Part shown: positions 59,201-64,000 of the stretch, piece after piece
How positions within the stretch are numbered: position 1 is the stretch's first letter
How the letters are laid out: each line of letters starts with the position of its first letter
Assembly (NCBI GenBank): GCA_964187785.1
Contig: OZ076409.1
Coordinates: 1,922,001-1,986,000, forward strand
Reading direction: 5' to 3'
Origin: Amphiscolops sp. MND2022
Lineage: Eukaryota
DNA length: 64,000 bases
Notes under the pieces: generated by a model
What the model saw: only the letters and a program-made list of their open reading frames with translations
Database searches by the model: none
What the model was told of the DNA's origin: nothing
Position numbers and translations under genes: made by a program

Positions 59201-61607
59201 TCAAGACACCCATCAAATTATGAAGGATCAGTAATTAAGGCGGAAGAACTATTCAACGATTGGTTCACGGTAAATGTAGTCAAAGAAATAACGCCACAAT
59301 TGAAGCGATTGGCAGACCGAAGCGAACCAATCAGAGAGCAGGAAAGTTTGAAAGCTAAGCAAACGTCTAAGAGCAAAGTATTGACAGTTCATTCGCCTAT
59401 GCAAACAAATAACGCACTTGAGTCAACACACGCTGCAAAGAAAGTAAGGCCAAAAATGGCAGAAAGCTCAAATTCGCCAAATTCCAAAATTAGTTCTGTA
59501 TATATTCAGGCAAATGCCGAAAACGACCGCGTTATACAAAAGGTTATTCGACTAGTCCAAAACAAAAACGCCGCAGTTATCGCCCGTTTACCCCCCCCAT
59601 GGAGGGAAAAATTTAATTCATTCTCAATCGACCAAAACGGCCTGTTATATATGGACAACAGACTAGTGATACCCAAAGACATGAGGGAGAACATGTTGCG
59701 AGCAATCCATTTCGGTCACGCCGGACGGGACGCCATGCTCAGAGAGGCCTCGGATGTATGGTGGCCACGCATCCACAGGGAAATAGTCGAAAAGGCCAGA
59801 AATTGCAATGAATGTCGCTTAACAGGTAAGAATCTAAAATGCATGAAATCACAAAACGAGTTCGGAAAGCTACCTGCAGCAAATCAGCCAAACGAAGAAA
59901 TTTCGCTAGATTTCGCAGGCCCATTTCACAACGCGAATAGTAAGAAAAAGTACTTACTGGTATCCGTAGATAATTATTCAGCATGGCCGGACGCGTTATT
60001 CTTACCAAATCCCACAACTGATAAAGTAATCGAATTTCTCCTAGAATATATTGCAAAAAACGGAATTCCGAAACGAATCAGAACTGACCCGGGAACAGCC
60101 TTCAAAAGTGAAAAATTTAAAACCTTTTGTAAAGAAAAATTCATAGATCATGTAGTTTGCCCGGTAAGAGACCATAAAGGTAACGGAAAAGTAGAGAGAA
60201 TGATTCGAACAATCAACGAAAGATTGAGAACAAATACAAAAATTTTAATCTCTAAAGATAAAAGTGGAATTTCAAATATCTTATTTGCATTAAGATCAGA
60301 AAAAGGCCCGGACCAAAAATCGGCATTTGAAAGACAAAATGGAAGAAAACCAAATACAGAAAAATCTCGAATGATAGAAAAATGTATTTTAGATCAAGAC
60401 CCTCAAATAGAAATAGAGCCCGAAGACTTTAGTGAGGAGGCGGACTCCACAATCCTGGTCAGGGAAAGAGTCCGAGGGACAAAGTTGGAAGGCGCATTCA
60501 AAAAAGTAAAGGGCCAAATCGTGGGCGAGTCGACGCATACAATAACCATTCTCCCAAAGACCGGGAAACAGATTGTATATTCAAAACGAGATGTGGCAGC
60601 AAGCGACAAAAGGGCAAGTGGCAGTAAGTCAGCGAGTAACAGCAAAGTGGTAAACAGCAACAAAACGTCAAATAACAATGAGCAAGGAGGAAGCAAAACA
60701 GCAAACAAAAGAAAGGCAAGTGAGGAAAGGGAAGAAAGGGTAAACAAGGAGCAAAGGAAAGAAAAGGAAGCCAAATCAAAAACAGCCATAACAGCTAAAA
60801 TGGGATTAATCCCACAAGGTGAGCCAACCACCAATAATGAAACTGATGTATATATAAAACAAGAAGACCCCGTCGAAGAAACAACTGAACAACCTGAAAT
60901 CGCCAACAATGAAGAAGAAGAAGAACAACCTCATTCAGACACACTGGACGAGACAACAAATTGGCCTATCAAGGGGTCAATAAAATGGGAAAAACCGCGA
61001 GCATCAACGAGAGTCACGAAGAAGCCCGACAGATGGGGCAACAATATCATGATCTCGAAGATTGAGCAAGAGTCCGTAGCTGAAGAAGAGAGTCTCCCCA
61101 GCGTAATTGAGATACCCAACCCCAAGAACATGTAAATACAACAAGTCAAATCTTGCCAAAGAAACTTTTACATTGTGTTTGTGTTATTCTAGCGGGTGAA
61201 ATAACCCAAGTGTTAATTGTTGTTTTAAACTAACTAGCCAACATTCGTATTATCCAGTTGGAAATAGTTGAAGTTTTGTTAATTCTACATATTAAACAAT
61301 TGTGTAAAAATGTGTGTTACTTAACCCAATGGCGCTACATTACGATCCTTTATAATCATGATTGTAAATTAAAAAACCCCTTCCTTTCACTTCAGTGAGG
61401 GGAGTGTGGTAGAGCACATGCTAAAGAGAAAACAATTGTGAGAAAATAATTAATTAACACAATTGACAAAAAATAACAACCTGCCAAATAATGTGAAAGT
61501 GGCAAAAGCAGACATATTGCCACATGTGTCAATAGCGTCAGATAATACAGTCTTCACACATTCAGTCTTTCTATTCTTACTGTCAGTCGAGATCGTAGTC
61601 GTTAACA
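56257..61607 (+). mobile_element. Full-length Ty3/Gypsy LTR retrotransposon, Mag/SURL-like
   Basis: Identical 203-bp LTRs (56257-56459, 61405-61607, TG...CA) and TSD AATAC. PBS TGGCGCTGCGAGC is tRNA-Ser-like; PPT is GAGGGGAG. Confidence 0.97.
56459..61135 (+). CDS. Single gag-pol polyprotein
   Basis: Two CCHC knuckles, protease DTGS, RT FIDD, RNase H DAS/ELE, integrase HHCC plus D,D,E, in the order PR-RT-RH-IN. First ATG at 56459. Confidence 0.96.
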   Translation: MALRAEDENSNSPLPGLNYFWQDAEKPPGYEWEQWIQLFEVATLARHSISVSEVLREADQQNPRAAALMGNLEEIPAKRKIVSLLYISIGKNGRKMLMDKFPTINILLIELRELMQNCNECFQIRRNRTLDRHVFLSRKQKPSESLNQFWNALNGLAAKCNFGDQTESLVHDILVLNMANKQVQEKLCTEPKETPAEALQFAIAFEDGLKRQKSYGYINQESKIKEEPVCAVGTSNSRECWRCGAGNFTLDHIKRCKATEAMCNYCGRKGHLERVCNQKRKDAYQKNGNSKVSGRRVQLVEQDNSDCEEDEDYMVLNVEGGNNDSKPFYMKGFINGNHFKAMIDTGSPVTIFALDEIKRIMKREKLPVRPMIEGERYVDFNGKPLQLLGYVFCELQVNDSYIRKARILIARSGSKSIIGREWLTTLRYKLEPEKGELEVNSIEKENELSPETKQLVNEFPKLFIRQGKVNNYQIKINLKPESKVTQQKGRRIPIQLQKAVDDEIKRLLKEGHIEKIDEIKDNVFIQPTVITVKKDRSVKIALDARALNQAIDKDKYQMPNLDNLLDMVAEKLDTVEGEAWFSSVDMTYAYGQIPLHQLTAKQCNFRIIGGESTGTYRFVTGFYGLSVMPTEFQKVMDNLLAKFREVFVFIDDILIVTKGTKQNHLDKVREIMKTLDEAKLQLKAGKCKIAKQEIEWLGFKMTSQGISPVNSKVQGITEKLRPTNLKELRSFLGAVNQFNKFIPDLASICFPFRSILKKDANWNWSEDHEKTFKKVNEEVKKVAELTHFKRNKPLRIICDASKQGLGAVLQQCEENTWKPIAYASRFLSELESKYSINELELLAVVWSIEHFKNYVYGVAFGIVSDHKALQSVLRPNKGNKTFSSRLTRWVDRLLPFEFHIVHTPGRTLGMADYLSRHPSNYEGSVIKAEELFNDWFTVNVVKEITPQLKRLADRSEPIREQESLKAKQTSKSKVLTVHSPMQTNNALESTHAAKKVRPKMAESSNSPNSKISSVYIQANAENDRVIQKVIRLVQNKNAAVIARLPPPWREKFNSFSIDQNGLLYMDNRLVIPKDMRENMLRAIHFGHAGRDAMLREASDVWWPRIHREIVEKARNCNECRLTGKNLKCMKSQNEFGKLPAANQPNEEISLDFAGPFHNANSKKKYLLVSVDNYSAWPDALFLPNPTTDKVIEFLLEYIAKNGIPKRIRTDPGTAFKSEKFKTFCKEKFIDHVVCPVRDHKGNGKVERMIRTINERLRTNTKILISKDKSGISNILFALRSEKGPDQKSAFERQNGRKPNTEKSRMIEKCILDQDPQIEIEPEDFSEEADSTILVRERVRGTKLEGAFKKVKGQIVGESTHTITILPKTGKQIVYSKRDVAASDKRASGSKSASNSKVVNSNKTSNNNEQGGSKTANKRKASEEREERVNKEQRKEKEAKSKTAITAKMGLIPQGEPTTNNETDVYIKQEDPVEETTEQPEIANNEEEEEQPHSDTLDETTNWPIKGSIKWEKPRASTRVTKKPDRWGNNIMISKIEQESVAEEESLPSVIEIPNPKNM

Positions 61608-62984
61608 AATACATTGTTGGAAAGACTTTCGCCTTACGAACACAGAAACCTCCAATTTGCTTCCGAATCACAATTACAAGTAATTGGTACACTATGGTAG
61701 CAAAAAGCGATGTACAGCTGAAAATTATATGTTATTCAGTTTGTGAAGAACTTTTCAATTTCATTCTCAACCGGAAGTGAAATCAATCACTCTTGAATTG
61801 AATATTGTTGAAAATGGTCACGCAGATGAATTCATTCGTTGTTTGCAAAATCGTTACACTTCGCGAAATGGGCTGATCATACAAAAAAATAAAAGAAAGT
61901 TGGACCTTAAATCTCAATCGACAGCTCAAACAGCTTATCATCGTTTTTTGAGAACGAACTCTATGTGGCGAAAAAACCTCCACGCAGGCCAGAAAAGTTC
62001 AGCGAAAAAGAGCAAAGACTAATTGTTCGAAGAGCGGAAAAAGACCCATAAACAACATTAAAACGAGTAAGAGTACTTCAAAAACAGTTTCTCAATGTAC
62101 TAATCGAAGAACCCTGAAGTACGGAATTGTTTGTATAAAACCTGAGAAAAAGTTCAACTTGATCAAAAAACAAAAAGACTGATCGTTGGTGCTCGAAAAT
62201 GTTGAAAAAGCCTCTTGGTTTTAATCCAGCTTCAAAATTCCACCGAAAATAGAAAAGAATTTTGGAAATTTTCGAAAGAAAAAATACTTTAAAAAAACTC
62301 AACGTGCCAAAAAAAACCAAAACGAAATAAAAAAATTCACTTTCGTAGTGAACTAATAGCGCTTTTGATGGTGCCCCCAATGATACAAGACGGGAACATC
62401 TGAAGTCGGCGCTAATTCTACGGCTCAAAAAGCGCAAAGTTGTTTAGAAAATCTGCTCAGGACGTTAATGAAAAGACAAAAACCTTCGAAACACCGAACT
62501 ATCACACTGTCAAACTTTGACTACATTCCACTTTTTTCAAATGGCAGATCGCCATACTTGCAATAAGTGGAAGTTATTCAAAAGTTTGACTGAATTACGA
62601 AGGTGTATTTTTGGACTAACTTCCACTTTTCACTAACTACGCGCCTTGACTAGTTTACAATCTTTTCCATTACGCGCGTTGACACAGCTACACCGTCCAG
62701 GCATAGACCGTCTTGACTGACTTACGCTGAGTGACCATTTTACGGAAAAAACAGATTACGCTGCGTGACTGAAATCCATTTTACCGGGATGTGTATCGTA
62801 ATGCAAAGTTTGAAAGGCCACCCTTTAGACTCGTTCGGTTTCGTATATTACATTAAAAAAGGAGAAAATTAGAGAGGGCACCCTCTTAACTACATTAGAT
62901 GCACTTTCGCTGTCCCGATTTGGATGGTACGGTAAACTTGAAGAATGTTGTTTTTTTTTCACTCGAAAATTTGCATTTTTGTTG

Positions 62985-63560
62985 TGCGTTTTGACCGGAT
63001 GGAAACTAGGCTTCTAGGAAAACGTCGTATTCTCAGACGAAATCCGTGTGCGCCTGAATAGTGACGGCGTTGTGCGGGTGTTCAGGAAAACTGACCGGCG
63101 CTTTTGCCCCAAAAACACACCAAGGACTAAGCACAGACGAAAGATCTATGATGTTTTGGAAGGCCATCAGATCATATGGCATGAAAATGCTATTTAAGTG
63201 TCCAGCAACAGCTAACAGTACGGATATTTGGAGATTTTAAAGCAACACGATCGATATTTGAGTATACCGGATTTGGTGTTCCAGCAAGACAACGCCCCAG
63301 TACACAAAAGTGAAGTTGTTCGAAACTTTCTGACCCAAAAGCAATGGAAAATGCTCGATTGGCCAGCTTACAGTCCTGACCTGAATCCTGTTGAAAATAT
63401 ATCGGCCAGTTTTTAGAAAAAGCTTGCGAGGTCAGATTGTTACCTGGGAGAATTTAGAAGAAAAAGTTATGGAAGTGTTGAACAACATAAACCCTGAAGT
63501 TGTTCGCAATTTGTACTCGTCGCATGAGAATCGCCTGGTGAAGGTAATCAAAAACCATGG
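62985..63560 (+). pseudogene. Tc1/mariner (DD34E) transposase relic
   Basis: VVFSDE near 63024, FQQDNAPVH and WPAYSPDLNPVEN. Stops and frameshifts present. Confidence 0.85.
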
Positions 63561-64000
63561 AAATTTGACGATGGTGGATATTGATTTATTGTTTCAGCAG
63601 TTGTTTCAAGTTATAATCAGTTCTGTGTTTCTTTTACGGAAATGTTGGTGTACGTAGCTTTTTCATACTATAGTGTATGTCCCCGCTGATAACATGGTAT
63701 TCAATGAAACAGTGTCGAAGTTTTTCCCAGGTGGTATGCGGAACATAAAACGTGAACAAAAAGGTGTGGAAATAAAGGCCACCAATACCGACCATTGTCC
63801 AGATAAGATCCACGTTTTGCATACGTAAAATTCCAGCTGGGTCTAAAAACTTCTACTGCAAACCCAATTCAAATTTCGAACCAGGTTGTTCTATTTGGTA
63901 TTGGAATCAACGAGTTGGAAAAAATTATGAAATTGTAAGGACTATATCAATCATTGCTGGGTGGGATCAAAACCTATTGTGGTGTGGCCATTCGCTGCGT

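Noticed and set aside
61750..62070. Possible N-terminal half of the Tc1 transposase
   Set aside because: Basic and helical, but too degenerate to assign, and no TIRs were found.

Overview
AT-rich, repeat-dense eukaryotic (animal-like) DNA. A spliced + strand host gene encoding a DxD-motif, glycosyltransferase-like protein (exons from about 1949 to 45218) has very large introns. These hold a near-complete but decaying 14.2-kb Polinton/Maverick (7299-21502) encoding pPolB, major and minor capsid proteins, integrase, two packaging-type ATPases and an adenain-like protease. They also hold a tandem segmental duplication that copies one host exon, two 3'-end fragments of an LTR retrotransposon, a non-autonomous three-LTR element (31621-39209), and many MITE and Helentron-like repeats. 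Downstream lie a small secreted or GPI-like ORF (54558-54941, - strand), an intact Ty3/Gypsy Mag-like element with identical LTRs (56257-61607) and a Tc1 transposase relic. The most unusual signals are: (1) host introns bounded by intron-specific 11-14 bp inverted repeats, with weak or non-canonical (probably GA-AG) splice sites; (2) GC-rich GNA-triloop mini-hairpin cassettes scattered in frame through the Polinton genes; (3) a poxvirus-late-like TAAATG at most Polinton start codons; (4) a 42-45 bp duplication flanking the Polinton instead of the usual 6 bp; (5) four LTR families whose LTR/PBS junction creates an in-frame ATG. All calls come from reading the sequence by eye; no searches were run.
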